NCBI RefSeq assembly: GCF_009914755.1 | Contig: NC_060935.1 | Reading direction: 5' to 3' (one strand) | Source: the human T2T-CHM13v2.0 reference genome, Homo sapiens | DNA length: 64,000 nt | Shown here: positions 24,676 to 42,197 of the stretch, piece after piece | Position numbering within the stretch: the stretch's first letter is position 1 | Layout of the letters: each line of letters begins with the position of its first letter | Notes under the pieces: model-generated | What the model saw: only the letters and a program-made list of their open reading frames with translations | What the model was told of the DNA's origin: nothing | Database searches by the model: none | Position numbers and translations under genes: made by a program

Positions 24676-27276
24676 CTAATTGTTATGGTCTTTGTGCCTG
24701 AACAAAATGAACGCACATAAAATAATTGCAGATAGTTAATAACCAGGTTACCTGATATGCCCAGAGTTATCATGAAGGAAAACATTTTCCCTTGAAATGT
24801 GACCCCTTAATTTTCATGAAGGAGGCATACTACATCTTTTGCTGTTTCCTCAATTAAGGTGGCTCAGTTGTTGCTATAACATTCATGTTTCTGGTTCAAG
24901 ATTGGTTCCTTCAGAGCCTGACTAGCTGGAATTGAATGTCGGCACCCTCACTTACTTGCTGTGGAGGTCATAATAGCACCTCCCCCGACAATGCTATCGT
25001 ATTGATTAAAGTATATAGCCCATGGAAATTGCTTAGTTCTGTATCTGGCACATAGTATGTGCTTATTAAAAAGTAACTCTTTGTAATGGTATAGGCCTTT
25101 CTAAGGAAACCAGCCATTCCCAGTGGGTCATGCACTCATATACTCACTGAGCAGATTCTGATTGCCTATTATGTGTCTAGGGCCATCCTTGCTGTAAGCT
25201 ATGCAAAAAAGACTTTTGCTTTCCTTCTAGGAGTTCAGTTTTGGTAATGCTTAAAATAAGAAATGTCATGAAATTATTTATTGTACAGCAAATAGCAAAT
25301 GAGTAACACGCAGTTAGCACTAGAAGTTATGGGGGAAGACAAAGCAAAGAAGGTTTCAAGAAGCAGGGAAAGACTTATCTGAATACAAGGAAGTGGTCTT
25401 GAATGGAGAGAACTGAAACACAGCCCAGTTGGAGAGGACAAATACAAATTATGAATATGTGCAAATGGCATATGTTAGAGGGCAGAGTAGGACAGTTATC
25501 TTCAAAAGTCACTGCATTGACACGGGGGGTGGAGCAAAATAGCCAAATAGAAGGCTCCACCAATCTTCCCAGGCCCTGCTCTAAGGACAGTGCTTTAACA
25601 ACTGTCTATACCAAAAACAATAAAACAAACAAACAAAAATCTTTATAAGAACCAAAAATGAGGTGACCACACACAGCACCTGGTTTTAACTTCATATAGC
25701 TAAAAGAGGCACTGAAGAGGGTAGAAAAAAAATCTTGAATCCCTGATTCCACTCCTCCCCCATCCCCTAGCAGTGGCTGCATGGTGCGGAGAGAAAATCT
25801 GAGAACTTGGGAAAGGGTGAACGCAGCAACTGTGAAACATTGCATTGACCTTAGTGCTGCAATGAAAGCAAAACCAGGCTGAACTCAGCTGAAACCTGCC
25901 CACAGAGGGAGTATTTAAAACAGCCCTAGGTAGAGGGGAGTTTCCTATCCCAGCAGTTAAAATTTGAGTTCTGGCAAGCCTCACTACCATGGGCTAAAGT
26001 GCACTGGGACCCTAAATAAAGTTGAAATGAAGTCTAGGCCGCAAGAACTGCAACTCCTAGGCGAGTTCTAGTGCTGAACTGGGCTCAGTGCCAGTGGACT
26101 TGGGGAGTTCACAACATATTGAAAAATCAGATGAGGTAGACAAAGGGAGTGCTTTTGCCAGCCCTCCCCCCAAACCCAGGCTGCACAGCTCACAGCTCCA
26201 AAAGAGACTCCTTCCTTCTGCTTGAGAAGAGGAGAGGGAAGAGTAAAGAAGACATTGTCTTGCATCTTGGATACCAGCTCAGCCACAGTAAGACCACAGT
26301 AAGATAGGGCACTAGTCAGTCATGAGAGCCCCTTTCCAGGCTCCAGGTCCCAGATGATATTGCTAAACACACCCTGGGCCAGAAGGAAACCTGCTGCCTT
26401 AAACAGAAAGATGCAGTCCAAGCAGGACCCATCATTTGCTGACTAAAGAGCCCCTGGGCCCTGCATAATCAGCAGCAATACCCAGGGAGTATGCCATGGG
26501 CCTTGGGTGCAACTCTGAGATGTGCTGGATTCAGGTGAGATCCAGCACATTCCCAGATGTGGTGGCTAGGGAGATTTCTTCTGCTTGAGAAAATTGGACA
26601 GATAAGTAAAGGAGAATTTGTCTTGCACCTCGGGTACCAGCTCAGCCACAGGGTGGTAGAGCAGCAAGCAGGCTTGTGGGGACTCTTGTTCCAAGACTTG
26701 GCTCCTGGATAGCATTTTTTAGACTTCCTCTGGGCCAAAGGGGAGCCCAGTGTCATGAAGGGTGAGTCCCAGGTCAGGCAGCATTCACTACAAGCTGACT
26801 TAAGGACTCTTGGACCTTAGAGGAACATTGGAGGTAGCCTGGCAGTACTCCCTGTGGGCCTGTGGGGGTGGTAACCACAGGGTGAGGCTCCTCTGCCTAT
26901 GGAAAGGGAGGGAAGAGTGGGAAGGACTGCATATTATGGTTTGAGTGCCAGCTCAGCTGCAGTATAATAGAACAACAGGTAGACCTCTAAGGTTTTTGAC
27001 TCAAATCTCTGGCTTCTGGTACATCTAGACCTGCCTGGGGCCTGGGGGAACTTGCCAACCTGAAGCAAAGAAGACAAGCCTGGCTGGCTTTGCATCTGCT
27101 GATTGTAGAGTCCCCAGGACCTTAAGTGAACAAAGGAGGTTGATAGACAGTGGTTTCAGTGGGCCTTGGGCAAGACCCAGTGTTGTCTTGGCTTCAGGTC
27201 TGATCCAGTAAATCTCGGTGGTGGTGGCCACAGGGGCACTTGTACCACCCAATTCCCAGCTCCAGGTGGCTGAGAG

Positions 27277-27297
27277 GGAGAAGGAAAGAGAGGGAGA

Positions 27298-27355
<58 letters not shown>
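27277..27355. repeat. (GA)n microsatellite within the L1 5'UTR
   Basis: Uninterrupted (AG)n from about 27301 to 27355, preceded by a purine run. Confidence 0.97.
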
Positions 27356-27357
<2 letters not shown>

Positions 27358-27636
27358 CTGTTTGCTTGGGAGAAAGTAAGGGAAGAAAACAAGAGCATCT
27401 GCCTGGTAATCTACAGAATTCTTCTGGATCTTATCTAAGACCACCAAGGCAGTACCTCTATGAGTCTGCAAGAACCACACCATTACTGTGCATGGAATGA
27501 CCCCTAATGAAGATACAGTTTAAATCAAAACACCCAAGTCCTTTTAGTCCTTTTGAATACTTGGAAACCCTTCCCAAGAAGGATAGGTAAAAACAAATCC
27601 AGACTGCAAAGACTACAATAAATACCTAGCTGTTTA

Positions 27637-28659
27637 ATGTCCAGACACAGAATAATGTCCATAAACATCAAGGTCATCCAGGAAAACATGACCTCATCAA
27701 ATGAACTAAATAAGGCACTTGGGACCAATCTTGGAGAAACAGAGATATGTGACCTTTCAGATAGAAAATTCAAAAAAGCTGTGTTGAGGAAACTCAAAGT
27801 AGTTAAAGATAACACAGAGAAAAATATTCAAAATTCTATAAGATAAACTTAACAAAGAGGTTGAAATTATTTAAAAGAATCAAGCAGAAATTCTGGAGTT
27901 GAAAAATGCAACTGACATACTGAAGAATGCATTAGAGTCTACTAATAGCAGAATTGATCAAGTAGAAGAAAGAATCAGTGAGTTTGAAGACAGGCTATTT
28001 GTAAATACACAGTCAGAGGAGACAAAACAAAAAAGAATGAACAAGAATAAAGCATGTCTACAATATTTAGAAAATTCCCTCAAAAAGGCAAATCTAAGAG
28101 TTATTGGCATTAAAGAGGTGGTAGAAAAAGAGATAGGAGTTAAAAATTAATTTAAAGGGATAATAACAGAGAACTTTCTAAACCTAGTGAATGAAATGAA
28201 TATCCAAGTACGAAAGGTTATAGAACACCAAGCAGACATAACTCAAATAAGACTATCTCAAGGCATTTAATAATCAAGCTCCCAAAGGTCAAGGATAAAG
28301 AAAGGATACTAAAAGCTGCAAAAGAAAAGAAACAAATAACATACCTTGGAGCTTTGATACATCTGACGGCAGACAGCAGACTTTTCAGTGGAAACCTTAC
28401 AGGTAAGAGAGAGTGCCCTGACATATTTGAAGTGTTGAAGGAAAAATATTTTTACCTTAGAACAGTATATCCAGCAAAAGTTTCCTTCAGACATGAAAGA
28501 GAAATAAAGACTTTCCCAGACAAACAAAAGCTGAGGGCTTTCATCAACACAAGACCTGTCCTACAAGAAACACCTTCAATCAGAAAGAAAAGGACGTTAA
28601 TTAGCAATAAGAAATCATCTGAAGGTATAAAACTCACTGGTCATAGTAAATGCACATAA
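27637..28659 (+). pseudogene. L1 ORF1p remnant (frameshifted, stop-disrupted)
   Basis: ORFs 27637..27846, 27899..28150 (SRIDQVEERISEFED, NLRVIGI) and 28354..28659 (YPAKVSF, KTFPDKQKLR) are ORF1p motifs in broken frames. Confidence 0.9.
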
Positions 28660-28974
28660 AAACACAGAGTATTATAACATGGTAACTGTGGTAAATAAAT
28701 TGCTATTATCTTAAATAGAAAGACTAAATGATGAACAAATCAAAAATAATAACAACTTATCAAGATATAAACCCTACATATAATTGAATATAATACATAA
28801 ACCGTATCATGCAATAAGATACAAATTAAAATGACAAAAAGTTAAAAAGCAGGAGGACAAAGTTAAGATGTGAGATTATCTTTTTTGTTTGTTTGTTTAT
28901 GCAACAGTATTAAGTTGTTATTAGCTTAAAATAATGGTTATAAGATAGTATTTGCAAGCCTCGTGGTAACCTCA

Positions 28975-33130
<4,156 letters not shown>

Positions 33131-34631
33131 AAACTTTACAAGTTCTCACTTCTTTGTGAGTTAAAAATTAAAATAATTGAACTCATAGAGAGTAGAAGGC
33201 TGGCTACCACAGGCTGGGAAGGGTGGGGGTGGGGGCGGGGCCAAGTGGGGAGGGTTAATGGGTACCAAAAGTAGTTTGAAATAATGAATAAGACCTAGAA
33301 TTTACTAGCACAATAGCATGACTATAGTCAAAAATAATCTAACTGTACATTTACAAATAACTGAACAAATATAATTGGATTGTTTGTAACTCAAAGGATA
33401 GATGCTTGAGTTAAGGGATACTCCATTTACCCTGATGTGATTATTACATATTACATCCTTGTATCAAAATATCTCATGTAACTTATAAATATATACACTT
33501 TCTATGAACCTACAAAAATTAAAAATAAAAAAAATGTCACTACATTGTAATCCAAAAGCTGGCTCCAAGCCCCCAGGAAGAGGAAGCAGTTATCAATTCT
33601 CTGAAAGGGTAGAGGTGCACACAGTATACTGGCCTCAAAAAGACTGCCCTCAGGTAGCAATTTCAAATCTGGAAGAACAGCTCAGATGAAGTCAGACATG
33701 TCCTGCACACATATATCCTTTCCTTTACATTTTGTCCCCATGCTTTGACTTTATTTGGCATTTTAGGGAGGGGGAGAAAAAAGTTAATTGAGAATGAAGA
33801 ATCTGTCATTACACTGCACCTGCCACAGAGACCCTGCATCTGTTACCTCTCATCTCCCCAGCCCCTTCCAACCTAAAGCCGGAACCTTGAACTCATTCAC
33901 CACTCTATAGTAAAGATGCTAACTCCAAAAGGATCAGAAGGACAGGAGTAACAGAGAACTAAAAGAAATGGAAGAAGAGAGAGAAGGAAAGAGAGACAGT
34001 GCTGAGAAACTGAAAGACAAGTAAGAAGAAAACAATGAATGTATGTTTTATCTACATATGTAATTGCTTTGGAGCAATTGCAAATGACAAAATGGATTTA
34101 AATGAGATGGTTGGCCCTACCACTATCCAGGCTTCTCCCCTTTTTTCCTCACCTGTTGTAACTGTAAACACTGCCTTGGGTCTCCTGGAAAGATGCTCAT
34201 GAATACTTATGCATTTTTTATCCATGAAGCCAGTCACTTATTTATTCATTTGTAAGTAGTTACTGAGAGCCTCCTATGTTCCAGGATCTGTTCATGTACT
34301 AGGAACATAAAAACCAACAAGATAAATACAGTTTCTATCCTTTTTAAAATCACCCAATGGGTACTTTTGAATTGAATGCTTTAGCTTACACTCTGCTGAA
34401 TATTGAAGATAATACAAAATAATTTTGAGACATAATCCATGTCCTCAGGAAACTTGCAATAATAACAATGCCCATGAATTAATCACCTCCTCTGTGAACA
34501 ATTTCAGCTCTCAGTGATCTTTCCTTCCTTTGTACTTTTGTCTGTCTACTTTTGGCAGACTCAGCACACACTACCTTGTATTGTTGCTTATGTGCTTATT
34601 TTTATATTTATTTTATCCTCCAGAAGGCCTA

Positions 34632-35150
34632 TATGAGTTTGTTTAGGCTGTTTAGCAAACTACTGCAAAATTCACTGGCTTAAAATAGTAACTTGATTTA
34701 GTTCATAATTCTGTGAGTCGGCAATTTGGGCTGGGCTCAGCTGGGTTAGTTTTCTGGTCTTGGTTGGGTTCATTCACATATCCGTAGTCAGATACTGGTC
34801 TGCTAGACAGCTCTGCTTCTGGGGGTTAGATGGATGTTGGCTAGGACATAATGGGTGACTGGACAACATGGTCTTTCACCTGGAAGTTTGGTCCAGGCTT
34901 GTTCAGTTGGCAATGTGGCAGAGTTCCTAGAGAATGAATGGAAATGTTCACACTTCCCTGAAGTCTAGGCTCTGAACTGGCACATTATTTCTACTGAATT
35001 CTATCAGCCAAAGCAACACAGGGCCAACTCAAAATCAGGGGAAGAAAAATGGATTCCATTTCTTGATGGGAGTAGCTGCAATGAAACACTGCAAAGGGCA
35101 TGGATACAGGAAGGAATGTACTGAAGCCACCATATTCTCAATCTACCACA
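34632..35150 (-). mobile_element. Old MaLR LTR (MLT1F-J-like)
   Basis: GGCTTAAAATA...AATTCTGTGAGTCGGCAATTTGGGCTGGGCTCAGCTGGG...TCTTGATGGGAGTAGCTGCAA...AATCTACCACA. Confidence 0.8.
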
Positions 35151-35269
35151 TGGTCTGTAAGGCTTTTTAAGAGAGAGATACTATTTACACATTTTTATAT
35201 TCTTAGAGACATATAGCTGTCCCATACTGGTGTTATAGGAGAAAAAGCCAGTGTAGGGAAGTAGGGAAT

Positions 35270-35660
35270 ACCTCTCTGAGGAGAGACATTTAAAGTGAGA
35301 TTGAAAGTGGTTAGCTAAGGGGAGATCATTATGGTCAAAGAGAAATGTATGTAGAAACTCCAAAGTTGGAAAGATCCTAGGATATTCCAGAAAGAGAAGC
35401 AATGAGTAATAAGGGAGAGGGGTGGGGTTGGGGGTAAAGGGGAGGAGATGGTTCTTCAGGCCTAGGCAGGCATCACAATTGAGGACCTTGTAAACCTTGA
35501 TAAGAAATTTTGACATTATCCTAAGAGCAATGGAAAGTCATTAAAGAGTTTTAAGCAGGAGAGATAAATGATGAGTCTTGTGTTTCTAAAAGATCACTTT
35601 GACTGCAGTATGGAAAATGGATCAAAAGTGATGAGAGTGGAAGTGGGCATAATAAAGTCC
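35270..35660 (-). mobile_element. L2 fragment
   Basis: TTATCCTAAGAGCAATGGAAAGTCATTAAAGAGTTTTAAGCAGG...AAAGATCACTTTGACTGCAG. Confidence 0.7.
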
Positions 35661-36084
35661 TATTTTAAATTTGCAAATACCTCCGGCAAGATGAAAGGGT
35701 TGTCTGCTACTCATGTTTTAGGGAGTGTTGAAGGACAGAGATTCCTTTTCTTTGTAACTCAGAGCTGCACAGATGGAAGACCTGTTTAGGAAAAGGTAAA
35801 AAGAGAATTTTCTGGGGAGTGGGCTCAGCTTTCCAGCAATGTGCAAACCCCCACCAATATTTTAGCTAGAAAGGACAATAGAAAGTTCATTGATTAAGAT
35901 TTTTTTTTACCTTTTTATTAGCAGAACTAATCATTTGCCTTTAAGTAAGACATTTCATTTTTATTAAAGTAATAGCCATGATAAGTAAAAAGAAATTAAT
36001 TGCTAGAAGGACATTCAAATCTAACAGTATTTCATTTCCTGCCAGGACTGAGGTTAAACTAACTCTTACCTCTGCTGACATCTA

Positions 36085-36496
36085 ATAATGGTCACCATTT
36101 ATTGAGCTCCTACTATGTGGCAGGCAATTTACATAGCTTATCTCCTGTGGTGCTTACAACAATTTCCTACAGTAGACGCAATCATCCCAACTTACAGATG
36201 AGATTAGAGAAAGCATATCCCTGTCTAAACTGACAGTTACAAATAGGACAGAGCTGGGATGTGACACAGGCTTTTCTGATTCCAGCACCATATTAGCTAT
36301 TGGTCATTCCCTAAGCCTCACAATATGCCAGGTCTGGGGTTAAGTGCTTGGCTTGCTTTATCTTGTTTCACCCTCCCAAGGGCCCTTTGAGAGAGGTGTT
36401 GTTATCAACCCTACTCTAAAGATAAAGAAAATTAAGGTCAGAAAGTTCACAGAACTTGCCCAAGGACATACCACCAGGTCTAATGCCCGAAGCTGG
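36085..36496 (-). mobile_element. Two adjacent MIR fragments
   Basis: ACCATTTATTGAGCTCCTACTATGTG...TTACAGATGAG; AGATAAAGAAAATTAAGGTCAGA...ACTTGCCCAAGG. Confidence 0.65.
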
Positions 36497-36498
36497 TT

Positions 36499-36543
<45 letters not shown>

Positions 36544-36753
36544 CTGAGACTGAGTGTCGGAGTCTCACTCTGTCGCCCAGGCTGGAGTGCAGTGGTGCAA
36601 TCTCGGCTCACTGAAACCTCTGCCTCCCAGATTCTAGCGATTCTCCTGCCTCAGCCTCCTGAGTAGCTGGGATTAGACATGTGACACCATGCCCAGCTAA
36701 TTTTTGTATTTTTAGTAGAGAAGGGGTTTCACCATGTTGGTCAGGCTGGTCTC
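36497..36753 (-). mobile_element. AluS, 5'-truncated, with a (GTT)n tail
   Basis: About 14 GTT units at 36499-36541. The Alu body ends abruptly at CAGGCTGGTCTC (36753). Confidence 0.92.
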
Positions 36754-37714
36754 ACCATAACACACAACCTCCCTTGTTCATCCAGTTATCCCATGCTGTC
36801 ATGAAAACTTTAGGTTTTTCTTAAACAAAGGTCCCCTTATCCTTTTTAATCACATTTAGACAAAGCTGTGAATAACAGATGTTGTTAGTCCTCCCACATC
36901 TCCCTCCTCCTTGCCTGTGTCAACTGTGAGCTCCTGGATGGCAGGGTCTATATCTTAAACCACTCTCTATCCCTGCCACCACCCCACCAACACCTAGCAG
37001 TTTTGATCCAAGCCCAGAATTTTACTCGACCTGTGCTGGTTCTTTCCAGCAGGGGGACCATCTTTAGCCTCACACATGCGGAAACACAAGCTGAGCTTTC
37101 AGAGCAAGTCCTACCAACATGCTGGCCAGGCAGGCAGCCCACCAGCTCCTTCTACACAGGGATGGATCAGTCCCAGTCTCAGAACAATGGCCGGTCAGTC
37201 CACACACTCTACCTCTTGCAGCTGTGAGGTGCCTTGGGAAGCTGGGAGCTGCACTTGGATGTCACTGCTCCACTAGGTCGTCAGTCACCAGCATGTGAGA
37301 GGCTGGGCTCTGGCTCCTCAGGCGACAATATCAGGAGGAATAATGAGCTGCTTTGGAGGAGGCAAGAGCTTTCTGATTAATCGACATATGAGGCTGTCAC
37401 AGTGACAGATGGACCCAAAGGCCCCTTCCCCATTACACTGCACCAGTGACCTTGACTCTCCCCTACCCTAGGTCTTCCTTTCCCTTGAAACTGATTTGGG
37501 ATGGCAGGGCAGTCTAAGGGAGGAGTAGAAGACCATCCAACTGAAGTGAGAAGGAAGAAGCCATGATGTTGTTGTGGGATGTTATTTGGGTATTAGCTTT
37601 ACGACTCACATTGAGAAGCCCTTTGGACCCACTTTATTTACCAGTATTGTGAGAAGGTTAGAGATTTTTACTCTCTAGAAATGTAGTTCCCATCATCTGT
37701 AAACTACCCCTTAA

Positions 37715-37903
37715 TGTAGGTGTGTTGAAGAGAACCCTGAGCTTGCAGTCAGAAGACTTGGATTAAAACCAAGCTCTTCCCCTACTTGCTGTTTAACTTT
37801 GATTAAGTTATTTGACCTCTCCGAGCTTCAGTTTTCTTATGTATGAAGTGAAAATAATAAATGCATATCTCATGAGGCTTTATGAGCATTAAAGGAGCCA
37901 ACA
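37715..37903 (+). mobile_element. MIR SINE (continues at ~39801-39860 after the L1)
   Basis: GCAGTCAGAAGACTTGGATT...AAGTTATTTGACCTCTCCGAGCTTCAGTTTTCTT. Confidence 0.75.
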
Positions 37904-39787
37904 CGGATGATGTAATCTTATACCTAGAAAACCCTAAAGACTCTTACATTTGAAAAATGACTTCAGTAAAGTTTCAGGATGCAAAATCAACATACAAAAA
38001 TCAGTAGCATTTCTATACACCAATAATGATCAAGCTGAGAACCAAATCAAGAACCCAATCTAGTTTACAATTGCTACAAAAAATAAAATAAAATACCTAG
38101 GAATAGATTTAACCAAGGAGGTGAAAGATCTCTCCAAGGAGAATGAAAAAGCACTAATGAAAGAAATTGGAGATGACACTAACAAATAGAAAACTCTCTC
38201 ATGCTCATGGATTAGAACAATCAACATCCTTAAAATGGCCATATTGCCAAAAGCAATTTACAGATTAAATGCAATTTCTATCAAATTACCAATGCCATTT
38301 TTCACAGAATTAGAAAAAACAAACCAGAATTCATATGGAACCAAAAAACAAAAGAGCCTGAATAGCCAAAGCAATCCTAAGCAAAAAGAACAAAGCTGGA
38401 GACATCACATTACCTGACTTCAAATTATATTACAAGGCCATAGTAATCAAAATTGCATGGTACTGGTAGAAAAATAGACACATAGGTCAGTGAAGCAGAA
38501 TAGAGAACCCAGATATGAAGCCACATACCTACAACCGACTGATCTTCATTAAAGACAACCAAAATATACAGCAGGGAAAGGCCATCCTATCTGATAAGCA
38601 GTGCTGAGAAAACTGGATAGCCACATGCAGAAGAATGAAACTGGACCTATATCTCTCACTATACACAAAACTTAATTCAAGATGGAATAAAGGCTTAAAT
38701 GTAAGACCAGAAACTATAAAAATCTGATAAGAAAACCTAGAAAAAACTCTTCTGGACATCGGCCTAGGCAAAGAATTTATTGCTAAGACCTGAAAAGCAA
38801 ATGCAACAGAAACAAAAATAGACAAATGGGACTTAATTAAACTAAAAAGCCTCTGCAAAGCAAAAGAAACCATCAGTAGAGTAAACAACCTACAGAATGG
38901 GAGAAAATATTTGGAAACTATGCATGTGACAAAGGGCTAATATCCAGAATCTACAAGGAACTCAAACAATTCAACAAGAAAAGACATTAAAAAGTGGGCA
39001 AAGGACATAATCAGACATTTTTTGAAAGAAGATATACAAGTGGCCAACAGACATATGAAAAATATGCTCGACATCACTAATCATCAGGAAATGCAAATCA
39101 AAGCCACAGTGACATACCATCTTACCCTAGTCAGAATGGCTGCTATTATAAAATCAAGAAACAACAGATGTTGGTGAAAGGGGAATGCTTATACACTGTT
39201 GGTGGGAATGTAAATTAGTACAACCTCTATGAAGAAGAGTATGAAGATTTCTCAAAGAGCTAAAAATAGAACTACCATTCAATCCAGCAACCCCACTACT
39301 AAGTAACTATCCAATGGAAAATAGATCATTATATAAAAAAGACACCAGTACTTGTATGTTTATTGCACCACTATTCACAATAGCAAAGTCATGGACTCAA
39401 CGTAAGTATCCATCAATGGGTGACTGGAAAAAGATAATGTGGTACTTACATATATACTATGGAATACTACTCAGCCATAAAAAAATTTGTCTTTTGTAGC
39501 CACATGGATGGAACTGGAGGCCATTATCTTAAGTGAAATAACTCCAAAACAGAAAGTCAAATGTTCACACTTGTAAGTGGGAGCTTATCAGTGTGTACAC
39601 ACGGACATACAAGTGGAATAACAGACATTGGAGACTCCAAAGGGGTGGTAAGGGATGAAAAATGACCTAGTGGGTGCAATGTATACTTTTTGGGTGATGA
39701 TTAAACTAAAAGCCCAGACTTCATCAGTATGCAACATATCCATGTAACAAAAATTCACTTGTACCCCTTAAATCTATAAAAATAAAA
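37904..39787 (+). mobile_element. L1PB-type element, 5'-truncated (~1.9 kb)
   Basis: Starts at the RT DD codons (GATGATGTAATCTTATACCTAG). L1PB-type 3'UTR CTAAAAGCCCAGACTTCA...TGTACCCCTTAAATCTATAAAAATAAAA. TSD AAAGGAGCCAACA 37891-37903 vs AAAGGAGCAAGCA 39788-39800. Confidence 0.92.
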
Positions 39788-40774
39788 AAAGGAGCAAGCA
39801 TATATATGAAGCACCCCACATAAAATCTGGTACAGGTTTTCTGCAAGTATTTATTGACATAGTTATGGGTTTTCAATTAAGTATTGCCAGTGAATGAGAT
39901 ATTTTTGCTCTGAAAGACACTGTACATACATAAATTCTTGGTATGGATATTAGTGTAAGTATTGGTATCAGTATTAGTACTGGTATTGGTATGAGTAAGG
40001 ATATAAGTATTAACGTCATCTCTAAGATATCTTTCAATCTTTAAAGATAAAGATTACTGGACAGAGAGATTGGTTTTTACCAAGCAGCTGGTCTAAAAGT
40101 CTGCAAGACGCTGGGGAGGCTATCTCAACTCTTCTACGTCACCAAGGCTAAGCAGAAGACTATGGACCTCTATTCAGTCTAGAATCGGAAGAGACTGACA
40201 AAGGATCTTGGGGGAACAAGGAAATGAGGACAAGACAAAGAAGTCAAGTAAGACCAGAGGAGACTATTTGTGGGCAGAGAGAGGCAGGTGTCTGCTGCGT
40301 GTGCCAAGGATGTTGTTGCCTCCCAAACTGGACCTGTGCACATAGCAGAGCGTAGCTGGCAGTGGCAGTGGTGGAGGTAAGGGAAGCCTCTGGAGAAAAG
40401 ATGTGGAGGAGAAGAAGAGAAGGAAGAAGAGCATGCAAAAAGCTGACGCAGAGAAGAATGAGAGAAGCATACGAAGAAGAAGGAGGAAGTCTGTCTTGTC
40501 CTTTCCCTTTTTGAAAACCTACCAAGAATCCCCATCACTTGCAAGAGATAAGCCAAGCTCCTCTGCCCAGGCACAAGCCCTATAGAATCAGGTGGCATCA
40601 ATTCTTGCCCCATCTCCACACATCTGTGCTTCAACCACACTGGCTTTAATGATTTGCTTCCTTTCCTGTCTCCTGTATGAGATGAAGCTCCTCAGCCATG
40701 GGGTCTGGTTTTGTTCATCTCTGCACCTGAGCTGTAGGCCTGGACACACGTGGTGTTCCATCATTCCTTATAGA

Positions 40775-41010
40775 AAGACAGGAGGGTAAGAGTAAGGGAG
40801 TGAGGAGAAGGGATGAAGACGAGAAGGAAATGGAGACCAGGAGGGAAGAAAGAGAAAGGGGAATAGAAGGCATAAGAGAAGAAGAGGATGTCACTGGGGA
40901 ACAGAGGAGGAAGGAAGAAAAAAATGATAGAGTATAAGGCCAGAAGAACAAAAGGGAAGAGAGAGTAGGTAAAGAAAGCCAAGTGGATGGCTGACAGAGG
41001 ACACAAAAAA
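40775..41010. repeat. GA-rich (polypurine) low-complexity tract
   Basis: Almost all G/A on the + strand (GAAGAAAGAGAAAGGG...). Confidence 0.8.
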
Positions 41011-42162
41011 GGGTTTCAGAGAATCTCTGGGAATTATCTCAGCATCCAGCACCTTGTTCCTGGGGCAGGCTTCTTCTGATCTTGCTCCTCACAAGGCATG
41101 GGGTTAGGTCCACACTGGGCCTACCTACATCTGGTGCATCTGTGGGTTGGCATGGCTCCATGGCACAGAGAAAGCATGGCTATTTTACAGCTCAAACACC
41201 GCAGGTCCCATTGCAGGCTTATTTGTATAGACAGTTGTCACTTACAACATAAAGGATGGCCCTGTTCCTTCTTCTCAGTCATCATCTCCTCCAGCTAGAT
41301 CTGCTTGGGTAGATACCACTGGATAACTACTGGCTGGAGCCTTTGTGAAGTGGACTCAAGACCAAGCTGGATTCAATTGGACCCAACTAGTCTTTCTCTT
41401 CCCTGGGTCTAACCTAACCCCACTAGCTCTCCGAAAGCATCTGCCTCTCACCCAGTTTTAACCAGATACTGTGCAGCTGTACTTATGTGGCAGTCCAGGC
41501 ACACCTGCCCCCAGGCAAGGTCATGAGTACATTGCAACAGGAGTTTCCCAGCAAGTGCTCTAGGGGCAGGTACTCCCTGGGCTCTCTCTGTTCTTTGAAG
41601 AAGGCTAGGTGTCTTCCCTATGCAGTGTCTACTCCATGCTGAGCAATGAGGGGCTGGCTTCTCTGAGTATGGGTATTACATGGATCTACACCACTTGAGA
41701 TGAAAGTAAATATCATTAGGGAAGGAAGAACAAAGATTCTCTCACCTTCATCTCTCTGCTTCCCAAGGGAGGCTCTGGGGGGCTTGGACTAAAATAAGTG
41801 GCTCTTCAGTTAATTCTAAGGCCACTTAATTTGCATGATTCAGTCCTAGTGCTTTGCATCTTCTCCCTGGTGCCCTCTCTTTGCCAGCCTTCACCTTCAT
41901 ACATATATTACCAGACCCCAGTGTTCCTCTTTCTTTTCTATTTTTTTAAGATGGAGAAAACATATGCATTCATGGGGGCTGGGAAAGGGAGGATAGTCCC
42001 CTTAAGCAGTTGTCCTTAATGACTCCCCAGAAATAATCATACCTAGGCTGGAAAGGTTCTAGGGAGAGGAAGAAGTGAATAAAATATGTGATGAGGGCAG
42101 CAAAAACTTAGAAGTTCTAAAGATTTCTCAGTCTTTCTGGAACACAAATAAGGACTGTTGTT

Positions 42163-42197
42163 TTATTTGTTGTTTGTTTGTTTGTTTGTTTGTTTTG
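42163..42197. repeat. (TTTG)n microsatellite
   Basis: TTGTTTGTTTGTTTGTTTGTTTGTTTT. Confidence 0.85.

Noticed and set aside
27025-27500. ORFs with SLSLSL or ERERER repeats, up to 152 aa
   Set aside because: They are read through the (GA)n microsatellite in the L1 5'UTR.
36344-36547. ORF ending in poly-Cys
   Set aside because: It is MIR sequence plus the (GTT)n Alu tail.
40179-40640. Longest ORF in the track (153 aa, minus strand)
   Set aside because: It comes from a pyrimidine-rich strand that is naturally poor in stop codons. It has a non-ATG start and no recognisable domain.
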